A stretch of 64,000 nt of DNA from Patescibacteria group bacterium. Its GTDB lineage: Bacteria; Patescibacteriota; Patescibacteriia; UBA1558; GWA2-36-10. Below, one piece after another: positions 18,662 to 28,853 of the stretch. The notes beneath the pieces are model-generated. The model saw only the letters and a program-made list of their open reading frames with translations, had not been told where the DNA came from and searched no databases. The number at the start of each line of letters is the position of its first letter. Position 1 is the stretch's first letter. Both the position numbers and the translations under genes were made by a program. The DNA lies in NCBI GenBank assembly GCA_018819405.1, contig JAHJQF010000001.1, forward strand, positions 371,277 to 435,276. Direction: 5' to 3'.

Positions 18662-19465
18662 CTAAAGTCTTTTGAGGTAATTTTTTGCTGCTACTTTTGT
18701 TTCAAAATGCAGAGCTTTTTTTATATGGGTACTTTCAGCACCTTCAGATTTTAATCGGTGAGCCAAAGTGTTTCTTAGTATTTGGGGGTTGATAATTACT
18801 GGCGGATCAATACCTATGGCATATTTAGAAATCAGCCTTTCAATTGAGCGGACACTTAAATGCTCATTTTTACTTTTATTTGATCTATCAAAATTTATAA
18901 ATAAATATTGATTGTTATCTAGCCTTTGGTTTATGTATTTATCAAGATGAAACCAGGTTATAGGTTTTATAAGAATATGTTTTTTGGGATTGATAATAAT
19001 TTCTTTTTTTATTTGATCTATTTGATCAAGGCGCAACTGGCATAATTGTCCGACTTTTAATCCGCTGTAATATAAAATCTCTAATATTGCTTTATCACGC
19101 AGGGCTATCAATCCTTTTTTTGTCAGAGGTTTATCTAAAAATACCTGAAGTTGTTCATTATTTAATATTTTGATTGGCGCATCTTGATCAGAGAGAAGAT
19201 CAAATTGAAATCTTTTATTTAAAAATTTAAGATAGTTATTTACAATTTTTAGGCGTAGATTGACAGTATTTACTCTTTGATATTTTCTAGTTAAATATAT
19301 AAAATATAATTTAAGGTTTTTTTCGGTGATTTTTTCTTCCCCAAGCCAAACTAGGAATTTTTCCAAATTCCAAAGATAGCTTTTTATAGTACTAGGGGCT
19401 AAGGCGAGAGATTTTAAGTATTTTTTGTATTCATTTACCCCGTTAGAAATTTTAGTAGTCGACAT
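18662..19465 (-). CDS. Tyrosine site-specific recombinase (XerC/XerD / phage integrase family)
   Basis: N-terminal SAM-like core-binding region and C-terminal catalytic segment with R...HRL...Y (LRNTLAHRL...KNYLKRL). Confidence 0.75.
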   Translation of the reverse strand: MSTTKISNGVNEYKKYLKSLALAPSTIKSYLWNLEKFLVWLGEEKITEKNLKLYFIYLTRKYQRVNTVNLRLKIVNNYLKFLNKRFQFDLLSDQDAPIKILNNEQLQVFLDKPLTKKGLIALRDKAILEILYYSGLKVGQLCQLRLDQIDQIKKEIIINPKKHILIKPITWFHLDKYINQRLDNNQYLFINFDRSNKSKNEHLSVRSIERLISKYAIGIDPPVIINPQILRNTLAHRLKSEGAESTHIKKALHFETKVAAKNYLKRL

Positions 19466-19565
19466 ATATTTGTTTTATTATTTGCACCCCCTATATCATA
19501 AATTTTTAAACTCATTAGAAGCTAGATTTCTAAATCGGTTTAATTGGGTGGGTATTTATATTTTA

Positions 19566-19602
19566 CCCCGCACCATTTTTTCCGTCAAAAAATGGTGCGG
19601 GG
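19566..19602. repeat. Perfect 16-bp inverted repeat (ccccgcaccatttttt / aaaaaatggtgcgggg) with 5-nt spacer, upstream of the recombinase
   Basis: Seen directly. Only a weak T-run follows, so it is not a canonical terminator; possible regulatory or recombination site. Confidence 0.6.
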
Positions 19603-19770
19603 TTTAGCATATTACGACACGTATATAATTAGCTTGTCTTATTATAGCATCTTGACTTTGTCCTTGAAAAATGTTAGTCTAAGCCCAGATAATTAATTAA
19701 TTTCCTAGTTCTTGGTTTGGCCTGACAACTAACTAGAGGCCTTACTAGGATGTAGGAGAAAGGACAATTT

Positions 19771-20118
19771 ATGTTAGATAAAAAAAAGAAGCAAAAGCTG
19801 ATTGAGAAGTATAAAACTCATAAAAGCGATACTGGTTCGGCTGAGGTGCAGATTGCAATTCTTACTGAAGAGATAAAAGAATTGACCAAACATCTTCGTG
19901 AACACAAAAAAGATTTTTCATCACGTCGCGGATTATTGGCTAAAGTATCTTTGCGTCACAAATTACTTCGTTATTTGGAGCGCGAAGATGAAAAGAGATT
20001 TAGCAAAATCATCAAAGCTCTGAGTTTGAAAATGGCCAAAAGAGAGAGATATGATATTTTGGAAGAAGTTCCAGAATTGCCAGAAGAAGAAACAGAAGAA
20101 GAGTCAGAAAAAGAATAA
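19771..20118 (+). CDS. rpsO: 30S ribosomal protein S15 with acidic C-terminal extension
   Basis: S15 signature HLREHKKDFSSRRGLLAKVSLRHKLLRYL. Structured leader upstream with nested stems (tcctagt...actagga, ggcct...aggcc) and SD aggagaaagga. Confidence 0.9.
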   Translation: MLDKKKKQKLIEKYKTHKSDTGSAEVQIAILTEEIKELTKHLREHKKDFSSRRGLLAKVSLRHKLLRYLEREDEKRFSKIIKALSLKMAKRERYDILEEVPELPEEETEEESEKE

Positions 20119-20128
20119 AATATAAAAA

Positions 20129-20153
20129 GCCCCGGAGCTCTCGGCTTCGGGGC
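20129..20153 (+). promoter_or_regulatory. rpsO-pnp intergenic stem-loop (possible processing/attenuation site)
   Basis: gccccgg...ccggggc hairpin without a strong T-run between the co-oriented rpsO and pnp genes. Confidence 0.35.
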
Positions 20154-20245
20154 TTATAGTTTAATAATAATTAAACTGATCGAGGGTTGATAGGTAAGCA
20201 TTAGATAGTTAGGTTTAGCTGTCTGGGGTTTGCCATATCAGCTCA

Positions 20246-22477
20246 ATGTCAGTGATAAAGGAGCATGATATGCAAGTTCAACAATTTAAGACCGAGGTGG
20301 CCGGTAAAGAGCTGGTCGTAGAAATCGGTAAACTGGCCAAACAGGCTCATGGAGCCTGTACTGTCACTTATGGTGAGACAGTGGTTTTGGCTACAGCTGT
20401 TACTTCAGGACAAGCTAGAGAGGGGGTAGATTATTTTCCGCTTATGGTTGATTATGAAGAAAAAATGTATGCAGCGGGAAAAATAAAAGGCTCACGTTTT
20501 ATCAAACGTGAAGGCCGAGCTACCGATGACGCAGTACTTACTGCCCGATTAATTGATCGTTCTATTAGACCGCTTTTTAAAGAAAGCGACAGAAATGATG
20601 TGCAGGTAGTAGTGACAGTTTTGTCTTACGATGGTGTCAATGATCCTGACTTTCCATCTATGGTAGCTACTTCTGTGGCTTTAGGAATTTCACCTATTCC
20701 TTGGAGCGGGCCACTGGCTGGTGTTCAGCTTGGGCGTATAAATGGTGAATGGGTTTTGAACCCTAGTGTTGAGGCTAAAACCAAAAGTGATTTGGATCTT
20801 TTTGTCAGCGGCTCAAAAGATGAGGTGATTATGATTGAAGCTGGTGCCAAAGAGACCAATGAAGCTGATATGTTTGAAGGTATTAGCTTTGCCGGCAAGC
20901 ACGTTAAGAAAGTTTTAGAATTTATAGAGGAAATAGTCAAAAAAATCGGTGTTTCAAAGCAAGTAGCAGAATTAGATTCTGAAAATGAAGAAATACGTGG
21001 CAAGGTCAAGGCCAAAGTAAATTCAGTTTTGGCTTCTCATGATTTGGCAGACTGTTTTAATCCTGACAAATCCAAAATGAAAGCTGCTATTGAAGCTGTT
21101 ACTGAAAAGGTGAATGAAGCTCTAAAAGAGGATAATGAAGTATCCAAAGACATGAGAGCTATGGGCGTAGCTATGATTGATGAAGAGCTTACCAAGGCTT
21201 TTAAAAAATTAGTTTTAGAAGATAAGAAAAGACCCGACAATAGAAAATTTGATGAAATCAGAGAACTATCTGCTGAAGTAGGATTGTTACCTCGTACTCA
21301 TGGCAGTGGATTGTTTTCTCGTGGTGAAACACAAGTACTTTCAGTAGTTACTTTGGGTTCGCCGGGAGATGAACAGACCCTAGACACCATGGAGGAGTCA
21401 GGCACCAAAAAATATATGCACCATTACAACTTCCCTGGTTATTCAGTCGGTGAAGTAAAGCCTTTGAGAGGCCCGGGTCGTCGTGAGATAGGCCATGGTG
21501 CTTTAGCCGAAAAAGCTCTAATACCTGTTTTACCAAAAGACGAAGATTTCCCCTACACTATCAGAGTTGTTTCTGAAGTTTTGGGCTCAAATGGGTCTTC
21601 ATCACAAGCTTCAGTTTGTGGATCCACGCTTTCTTTGATGGATGCTGGTGTGCCGATCTCCAAGCCAGTGGCTGGAATTGCCATGGGTCTTGTCCTTGAC
21701 GATGATGACAAAAACAAGTATGAAATTTTGACCGATATTCAAGGCATTGAAGATCATGCTGGTCATATGGATTTTAAAGTGGCTGGTACTAGAGATGGTA
21801 TTACAGCTATTCAGCTCGATATAAAACTCGGAGGAATCAGCTATGATATAGTTGAACAAGCTTTGAATAAAGCTAAAGAGGCTAGATTGAAAATTTTGGA
21901 TGTGATGAAGCAGGCTATCAGTGAGCCAAGGGCAGATTTGTCTCCTTATGCTCCTAGAATTACTACCATGCGTATTGATCCTGAAAAAATCAGGGATGTT
22001 ATTGGCTCGGGTGGTAAAATTATAAATGAGATTATTGATGCTTGCGGTGTTAGTATTGATATTGAACAAGACGGATTGGTGATGATTACCTCTACTGATG
22101 CTGATGGCGCCAAGAGAGCTCAAGAATGGATTGCCAATATTGTCAAAGAGCTAGAAATTGGCGAAGTCTATGAAGGTAAGGTAGTAAAGATTGTTACTGA
22201 CAAAAATAATGGTAGTGAAATAGGAGCTATTGTAGAATTGCTACCAGGTAAAGACGGTATGGTCCATATCTCACAAGTTGCTTATGAGAGAATAAATAAG
22301 ATTTCGGATGTAATAAATATTGGTGATATGGTCAAAGTCAAGGTAATGGATGTTGATAAAGAAAAAAATAGAGTAAGTCTTTCTATCAAAGATCTATTGC
22401 CAAAGCCAGAGGGCTACCAAGAGCCAAAAAAAGATTTTAAATCTAGTCCGCGTAGACCAAAATTCTTCAAAAAATAA
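20246..22477 (+). CDS. pnp: Polynucleotide phosphorylase (PNPase)
   Basis: Two RNase PH domains, KH and S1 domains (GEVYEGKVVKIVTD...), 743 aa; classic rpsO-pnp synteny. Confidence 0.95.
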   Translation: MSVIKEHDMQVQQFKTEVAGKELVVEIGKLAKQAHGACTVTYGETVVLATAVTSGQAREGVDYFPLMVDYEEKMYAAGKIKGSRFIKREGRATDDAVLTARLIDRSIRPLFKESDRNDVQVVVTVLSYDGVNDPDFPSMVATSVALGISPIPWSGPLAGVQLGRINGEWVLNPSVEAKTKSDLDLFVSGSKDEVIMIEAGAKETNEADMFEGISFAGKHVKKVLEFIEEIVKKIGVSKQVAELDSENEEIRGKVKAKVNSVLASHDLADCFNPDKSKMKAAIEAVTEKVNEALKEDNEVSKDMRAMGVAMIDEELTKAFKKLVLEDKKRPDNRKFDEIRELSAEVGLLPRTHGSGLFSRGETQVLSVVTLGSPGDEQTLDTMEESGTKKYMHHYNFPGYSVGEVKPLRGPGRREIGHGALAEKALIPVLPKDEDFPYTIRVVSEVLGSNGSSSQASVCGSTLSLMDAGVPISKPVAGIAMGLVLDDDDKNKYEILTDIQGIEDHAGHMDFKVAGTRDGITAIQLDIKLGGISYDIVEQALNKAKEARLKILDVMKQAISEPRADLSPYAPRITTMRIDPEKIRDVIGSGGKIINEIIDACGVSIDIEQDGLVMITSTDADGAKRAQEWIANIVKELEIGEVYEGKVVKIVTDKNNGSEIGAIVELLPGKDGMVHISQVAYERINKISDVINIGDMVKVKVMDVDKEKNRVSLSIKDLLPKPEGYQEPKKDFKSSPRRPKFFKK

Positions 22478-22496
22478 TTTTTAACTATAGTTTTTT

Positions 22497-23855
22497 GTGG
22501 ATTTTCTAAAATTAGTTCACAAAAGAGAACAAAAGGCAGATAATAAGATCATCTTTGGTCTGATCGGCCTTTTGTTTTTGATAGCTTTATTTTTTGTGCT
22601 AGTAAATTTTTTGCCAAAGAAAGAATATCGACCACTGTTTTCTTATTTGCCAGCGGATACAAATTTTTATTATCATTTTACAGATAAAAAAGTATTTTAT
22701 CAGGATATTTTGGAAGATTTTAAAATCTTTGATAGTTCGGTAGCCACTGACAAAGTAAAGAGTTTGGAGAATTTGTTGGGCGCCAGCTTTTTAAATGCCC
22801 GAGAAATAGTCTGGTTTAGGACTGATCAGTCAGATAGTGACAGTTATCTGATTAGATTTAGTCATTTACAAAAGAAAAGTCTGACACAAATACAAAATGA
22901 CCATTCCAATATGTATTTTTTTCAGGCTGACAATGATATTTTATTGGTTTCTTATTCGCTAGAAGTTTATAATGAATTTTTATCTAAAGAATATAAAGAC
23001 GAAATAGCTACTTCAAGGTCTCAGGGCTCTCAGGGTATTGATATGTATTGGCAACTTGGTCATTTACCAGAATTTTTGAATGATTTGATACCATATTTAT
23101 TTTCTATTTTTGAATCAGGCGATGCTTACGCCAATTTTTATAGAAAAGAAGACAATGGATTAGTCATCAATCTCTATGGTACTAGTCCTATACCTCGTGA
23201 TAGTTCTTTTTTTCAGTACAAAAGTCCACTCAAGCCAGATTTTGTCTTGGCATTTTCCAAATATACCCCTCAAGGCATTAAAAACTCTTTAGAAAATGAT
23301 CTTATTCGTTTAATATTTTCTAGCCTGCCTTATTATAATCTAAATTCACAGTCTATTGAGCAGGCTATCTTGAGTGGAGGAGTGATATTTCAAAGAGATG
23401 GTGCTTGGTTGATTGCCACTCCGCTTGATAGCTCAGCTATTATTTTAGATTTAGTAGATTATTATCAGGTGAAGGAACAAAAAAATACCTTATCTGACGG
23501 TACTCTATATATTGAGCTCTTGGCCAATGATAATCCCAATAAGATAGAATATAGCTATAAGGACAAAACATATTTTCAGGTGTCTAATGTTTTTGTTTAT
23601 CAAGAGGCGGGCATTAACTATCTGAGCAGTAACGAGGCTTTTGTTTGGGAGATTATAGAGCTTAGTCAGCCGCTGAGCAATTTATGGCTCAATTGTCAGC
23701 CAGAAGCAGGTCAAGTAAGTGATTTTATATATTTAGACACTAATAAGCTGGATAATGACCAAATTAAGGAATATTTGAGCAATAAAGGCGTAAATAAGCT
23801 ATGGGCTTTGTCATATTACACTGCTAGTCATGCTGGTTTGCAATTTTGTCTATAA
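22497..23855 (+). CDS. Hypothetical N-terminally membrane-anchored protein (452 aa)
   Basis: Single N-terminal TM helix; no recognised domain. Confidence 0.45.
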   Translation: MDFLKLVHKREQKADNKIIFGLIGLLFLIALFFVLVNFLPKKEYRPLFSYLPADTNFYYHFTDKKVFYQDILEDFKIFDSSVATDKVKSLENLLGASFLNAREIVWFRTDQSDSDSYLIRFSHLQKKSLTQIQNDHSNMYFFQADNDILLVSYSLEVYNEFLSKEYKDEIATSRSQGSQGIDMYWQLGHLPEFLNDLIPYLFSIFESGDAYANFYRKEDNGLVINLYGTSPIPRDSSFFQYKSPLKPDFVLAFSKYTPQGIKNSLENDLIRLIFSSLPYYNLNSQSIEQAILSGGVIFQRDGAWLIATPLDSSAIILDLVDYYQVKEQKNTLSDGTLYIELLANDNPNKIEYSYKDKTYFQVSNVFVYQEAGINYLSSNEAFVWEIIELSQPLSNLWLNCQPEAGQVSDFIYLDTNKLDNDQIKEYLSNKGVNKLWALSYYTASHAGLQFCL

Positions 23856-24511
23856 ATAGGCACCTCTTTACTGTAATATATGAAAATTTATTGCTTGCAC
23901 CGTAGAATGAACGAAGTGAATTTCTACGGTGTGGATAAGTTGTTGATATTTTGAAATATTTTTTTGGCTATTTGTCAAATTATATTTTAATATATTATTT
24001 TTTTATCTAAAATTAGCTAATATACGCCGTTGACTAAAAGCTCTAGATATGATATACTTAATATGTTCATAACTGATCGTTTACATCGTCAATTAAAGGA
24101 CTGAGCATTAATTTACAATTTAGTGACCAATCCTTTCCTCTCTACTGTTTTATCAACAATAAATTGGAAGGCCCTAACCCTTCTTCCAAAAACAAAAATA
24201 AAAACAACAAAAAGGACAATCCTCATTCATACAATGGAGATTAGATCCATAAGATGGTAGAGCGGGTGTGCTCTGAGTTAGGGATGAGCGTTGACAGAAC
24301 GCTTCTACATAAATAGTATTTGCCAATTTTTAACTTACAAAGAAAGTTCGACAAATCGTATGTATAAGCGCTAAAGGCGCACCAACCAGCCACATAACAA
24401 CAATTTGGGCACCGGACGTGCGCCTTTTTCATTTGCCAAAAAATCTTGATTTTTACCTATCAATCTGTTAATATTTAGGGGTATTTTTAAAGGGTTATTA
24501 ATTATAAATCT

Positions 24512-24874
24512 ATGAAAATGGACGCAAAATTTATAGAAGTAAGAAAAGCAGAATTAGAGCAGAGGAGACAGGATATTTTAAAAGAACTTGAAGCTGGTGC
24601 GGTCAAAGTAGCTGATAATGATTACAGTGCTAAGTTTGTTGATTTGGGAGACAAAGATGACGAGAATGCTGCTGAGGTAGCTATGTTTGAAAAGAATTTA
24701 TCTTTGGAAAAAACATTGGAAGTTTCTTTGTACAATGTAAATAGGGCACTTAAGAAAATAGAAGAGGGTAATTATGGGCTGTGTGAGAAATGTGGAGGAC
24801 CTATCAAGCCAGAAAGGTTAGAGGCTTTCCCATCAGCCACATCTTGTATGGATTGCAAAAAGAAATCATTGTAA
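24512..24874 (+). CDS. DksA/TraR-family C4 zinc-finger protein
   Basis: Coiled-coil N-terminus and C-terminal CxxC-x17-CxxC (CEKCGGPI...CMDCKK). Confidence 0.7.
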   Translation: MKMDAKFIEVRKAELEQRRQDILKELEAGAVKVADNDYSAKFVDLGDKDDENAAEVAMFEKNLSLEKTLEVSLYNVNRALKKIEEGNYGLCEKCGGPIKPERLEAFPSATSCMDCKKKSL

Positions 24875-25381
24875 ATGATCAAATATTTTGCCAGTTTAAT
24901 AGCTTTATTTGTTTTAGATAGAATAACTAAACTTTATTTTATAGAAAATCCATCTCTAGCAGGTGGTTTTCTTAGTTTGCATATAAATAAATATATTGCC
25001 TTTTCTTTACCACTTACTTATTTTATCCTCTATCCGCTTATATTTTTAATTTTGGTAATACTGTTTAGTTTTTGGTTGAAGAGCTTCAAAGAAAAAAGTA
25101 TTTTGATTTGGCCTTGGGGTATATTGATAATAGGATCAATCAGCAATTTGTTGGATAGATTCCGTTATGGCGGTGTAGTAGATTTTATCAATGTACCATT
25201 TTTTACAGTTTTTAATGTTTCAGATATTTATATATCATTGGCAGTAGTCTGGATACTTTGGCATAGCTGGTTTTATCAGCCAAAGCAAAAATCCCTAGCG
25301 ACTGGTCTTCGATTCCAAGGCGAGGCTTGGGACTCAGACTCAAGGCGCGGGCAGGTTGACAAAAAAAAATCGGAGTATTAA
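24875..25381 (+). CDS. lspA: Lipoprotein signal peptidase II (C-terminal ~35 aa extension is atypical)
   Basis: Conserved NLLDRFRYGGVVDFI and FNVSDIYIS motifs; 4 TM helices. Confidence 0.8.
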   Translation: MIKYFASLIALFVLDRITKLYFIENPSLAGGFLSLHINKYIAFSLPLTYFILYPLIFLILVILFSFWLKSFKEKSILIWPWGILIIGSISNLLDRFRYGGVVDFINVPFFTVFNVSDIYISLAVVWILWHSWFYQPKQKSLATGLRFQGEAWDSDSRRGQVDKKKSEY

Positions 25382-25603
25382 GATATTGATATCCAAGAAA
25401 AGTGATTTGAGAGTGTCCCGCTCTGCGGGATTGGCACGGTTGGTTTTTTGTTTGCCCTTCGGGGGTTGGGTAGGCTAAAAATTAATTTTTAAGTCACTTT
25501 TCTTGGGTTATGAAAAGTGATTTTTTATATTTATCTTGTTAGCAATTTAGTCCTTTATTTTTGGGAGTATAAATTATTGCTATGGTTTATTATTATAATA
25601 CTA

Positions 25604-27127
25604 ATGGGATCAAAAAAAATTTTTACAATTGCCCCTTTGGGTCTTAAAGGAGTACTGGTCGAGGTGGAAGCTAATTTATCTAGGCATTTGCCTAAAATAA
25701 TTGTAGTGGGTTTACCTGATGCGGCTGTCCAAGAAGCTAAAGAGCGTGTTTGGGCAGCTATTGAAAATAGTGGGCTTAATTTCCCTCGTCAAAAAGTTGT
25801 AATCAACTTATCACCAGCTCAGATTCGCAAAGAGGGAGGGTCATATGACCTACCAATAGCTATTAGTGTTTTACAAGCTGGCGGTATTTTATCAAGTATT
25901 GATGACAAGAGTGCTTTTATAGGAGAGCTGGCGCTGTCCGGTGAGCTAAAGCCTATACCAGGAGCTTTGGTAATGGCAACAAGTCTTAAAGACATGGGCT
26001 TTAGACAAGTTTATTTACCTTATCAAAATGCCAGAGAAGTCGCTATTATTGAGGGCATTGATATTTATGCGGTTAAAAAATTAGAGGATTTGGTGGAGCA
26101 TTTAAGTGGTCGACAAAAAATACAAGCCATTGAAAAAATAGATTTTTTACCGACAACAGCCAAAGCGTCTGTAGATTTTTGTGATATACACGGACAAGAA
26201 CAAGCTAAGCGAGTAATGGAGATTGCCGCCGCCGGCGGGCATAATATACTAATGGTTGGTCCACCCGGAGCTGGTAAGACAATGCTTTCGAAGGCATTTT
26301 TATCAATTTTACCAGAGCCTAGTTTGGAAGAAGCTTTAGAAACCAGTAAGATTTTTTCTTTAGCCGGCTTACTTTCTAATGACAGGTATTTGATTGACTC
26401 ACGGATTGTGCGGGCGCCGCATCATTCGGCCTCTGTTTCGGCTATAGTAGGTGGAGGCTCTTGGCCGCGACCAGGAGAAATAAGTCTAGCTCATAATAAT
26501 GTCTTATTTTTGGATGAGATATTAGAATTTCCTCGTCAGATATTAGAGGCCTTACGTCAACCTTTGGAGGATAAAGTAATTACTGTCTCCAGAGTAAAAG
26601 GTAGCTTTGATTTTCCGGCGAATTTTATTTTACTAGCCACCGCCAATCCTTGTCCTTGCGGATTTTTAACTGATCAGGAAAAAGAATGTAGTTGTAGTGA
26701 TTATGACGTCAAAAAATATCAAAAAAGATTGTCCGGTCCAGTGCTTGATAGAATAGATTTGCATTTTTTTGTCAATAAAGTGCAGACTCAGAAATTAGCT
26801 ATAGATACCAAACTAGCAGAAAGGTCTGAAGATATAAAAAGTAGAGTCATGAAAGCTAGAAAAATACAGGCGAGTAGATTTGGCCCAAATAATTTTAGTC
26901 TCAATGCTAATATGGATAGTAAGGATATAAAAAATTTTTGTGCCTTGTCTCTGTCTAGCCAAGATATTTTGCGGCAAGCGGCTAGAAAAATGAATTTATC
27001 AGCCAGAGCATATTTTAAAATTATAAAAACAGCCAGGACTATTGCTGATTTGGAAGCGCGGGATGATATAGAAGATCATCATATCTTGGAGGCTTTACAA
27101 TATCGGAGTAAAATTTTTGGGGATTGA
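25604..27127 (+). CDS. comM: YifB/ComM-family Mg-chelatase-like AAA+ ATPase
   Basis: Lon-like N-domain (VEVEANLSRHLPKIIVVGLPDAAVQEAKERV), Walker A GPPGAGKT, C-terminal ChlI-type region. Start moved to the internal Met at 25604. Confidence 0.85.
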   Translation: MGSKKIFTIAPLGLKGVLVEVEANLSRHLPKIIVVGLPDAAVQEAKERVWAAIENSGLNFPRQKVVINLSPAQIRKEGGSYDLPIAISVLQAGGILSSIDDKSAFIGELALSGELKPIPGALVMATSLKDMGFRQVYLPYQNAREVAIIEGIDIYAVKKLEDLVEHLSGRQKIQAIEKIDFLPTTAKASVDFCDIHGQEQAKRVMEIAAAGGHNILMVGPPGAGKTMLSKAFLSILPEPSLEEALETSKIFSLAGLLSNDRYLIDSRIVRAPHHSASVSAIVGGGSWPRPGEISLAHNNVLFLDEILEFPRQILEALRQPLEDKVITVSRVKGSFDFPANFILLATANPCPCGFLTDQEKECSCSDYDVKKYQKRLSGPVLDRIDLHFFVNKVQTQKLAIDTKLAERSEDIKSRVMKARKIQASRFGPNNFSLNANMDSKDIKNFCALSLSSQDILRQAARKMNLSARAYFKIIKTARTIADLEARDDIEDHHILEALQYRSKIFGD

Positions 27128-27161
27128 GTAGATTGATATTTTCCGCTAGAATATATGATGT

Positions 27162-28853
27162 ATGAAAGATTTATTGAAATCCCCTTGGGTATTAATCATT
27201 GTTATATTTTTTGGAGCTTTGCTCCGTTTTTGGAATATTTTGGCTAATGATATTACCAATGATTTGTCTATCAATGCTTTTAGGGCCTATGGCTGGCTAG
27301 ATTTTTTAGTAGGTGATGGTCAGACTTCGCCGATTGTTTGGTTTGGTTTTAGGCCTTGGTGGAGCCTATTGTCTTTTCATGATTTACCGCCTTTGATAAT
27401 GGCTATCCAATATTTATCTATAAAACTAATTGGGCCAAGCTCATTGGGTGTTTTATTCCCTTTTTTATTATCGTCTATATTAGTAACATTTTTTCTTTAT
27501 TATTTCCTAAAGAAAACAGCTAACCAGAGTATAGCTATCATAGCCAGCTTGATATTTTCTATTTCTTCATATAGTGTTTGGGCAGCTCGTACAGGATATT
27601 TGGAAGGGGCAGAAGTTTTATTTATTATTTTAGCTTTTTTCTTATTCATTTTATTCATAAAAACTAAGAAAAATAAACATTTTTATCTATTTTCTATATT
27701 TATAGCTTTGGCTATATTATCAAAATACACCTCTATATTTCTTATTCCTTCAGCTTTGGCTTATCTGGTCATATTTGAAAGAAAAATTTTTAAAAATAAA
27801 CATTTTTATTTGGCTATATTATCAGGTCTGATATTACTAACCCCAATAATTATTTATAATATTTTTGTTTTTAAAACAAAGGGGCATTTTGACGCGGCTT
27901 TATCATCAATGGTCGGTATGCATCCTCAGGATTATGATGTGATAGCTGAGCGGGGGGTCAATGCTAGTATTTTGAAAAATTTAGGTTCGATCATGGTGGT
28001 TATATTTCGAAGCAGTTCCCTGCCTTTGGTCTTGGTCTACGCTTTGTCTTTCATATTTTTACTAATTAAAGTTACCAGAAGGCAAACAAGGTATTGGCAG
28101 AATTTTTTGGCTATAAATATAGTGATGATAATTCTCATGTTTTCTTTTTCCGGAGCACCGCCTAGATTACTTTCTATAATTAATCCTTTTTTGGCAATCT
28201 TAGCCGCTTGGTTTTTATATAGATTATTTATTTTGGTAAGAAATAAGAAATTTTTAAACTATTTTCTAATATTTATTTTTATTATATTTGCTTTAGCAGA
28301 GATTTTTTATAATATAAATACCAATGTGTTGAGAAAACCAGTTGGACCTTTGTGGCTGACTTATTCTGGGTACCGTTTTTATAATCGAGGTTTTATAGAG
28401 CTAGAAAAATATATTAAAGAAAATATTTATATAAGTAATAAAAAAGTCAAGCTAGATACCTATAAAGACTTGCGGTCTGTTAGTCTGGAGGGAAATAAAA
28501 TAATGCTTTTTGATGAAAGGCTGGATTGGTTTGCTAGAGTCTGGTATATCAATCGTTACATGTTATATTATAAGGCGCCTTTATTTTATTTTCAGGACAT
28601 TGAGCCGGCTATGAAGCAGGCGGGAGTATCTGATGTATTTGCTTATTTCAATAAATTTTTGGATATCAATGAGTTTTATTTTGTTTATGTCATAGATGAC
28701 GAATCTCGTAGTAATAAAAGTCAAAATTATATTGATCAAATGAATCTGATAAAAGATAATTTGGAAAAAAGTGGTATTAATCCTGATAGAGAAATTAAAG
28801 ATTATAAAGGTGAGGTTATTTATAAAATTTACCATTTTTATATAAACAACTAA
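27162..28853 (+). CDS. GT-C fold glycosyltransferase-like polytopic membrane protein (PMT_2/ArnT-like), tentative
   Basis: More than 10 TM helices with an N-terminal periplasmic-loop architecture like ArnT/PMT enzymes. Weaker match than 4697..6178. Confidence 0.45.
   Translation: MKDLLKSPWVLIIVIFFGALLRFWNILANDITNDLSINAFRAYGWLDFLVGDGQTSPIVWFGFRPWWSLLSFHDLPPLIMAIQYLSIKLIGPSSLGVLFPFLLSSILVTFFLYYFLKKTANQSIAIIASLIFSISSYSVWAARTGYLEGAEVLFIILAFFLFILFIKTKKNKHFYLFSIFIALAILSKYTSIFLIPSALAYLVIFERKIFKNKHFYLAILSGLILLTPIIIYNIFVFKTKGHFDAALSSMVGMHPQDYDVIAERGVNASILKNLGSIMVVIFRSSSLPLVLVYALSFIFLLIKVTRRQTRYWQNFLAINIVMIILMFSFSGAPPRLLSIINPFLAILAAWFLYRLFILVRNKKFLNYFLIFIFIIFALAEIFYNINTNVLRKPVGPLWLTYSGYRFYNRGFIELEKYIKENIYISNKKVKLDTYKDLRSVSLEGNKIMLFDERLDWFARVWYINRYMLYYKAPLFYFQDIEPAMKQAGVSDVFAYFNKFLDINEFYFVYVIDDESRSNKSQNYIDQMNLIKDNLEKSGINPDREIKDYKGEVIYKIYHFYINN

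Noticed and set aside
24241-24432. 63-aa minus-strand ORF in the long non-coding stretch
   Set aside because: No RBS, Cys/Tyr-rich odd composition, overlaps predicted stem-loops; more likely part of a non-coding element.
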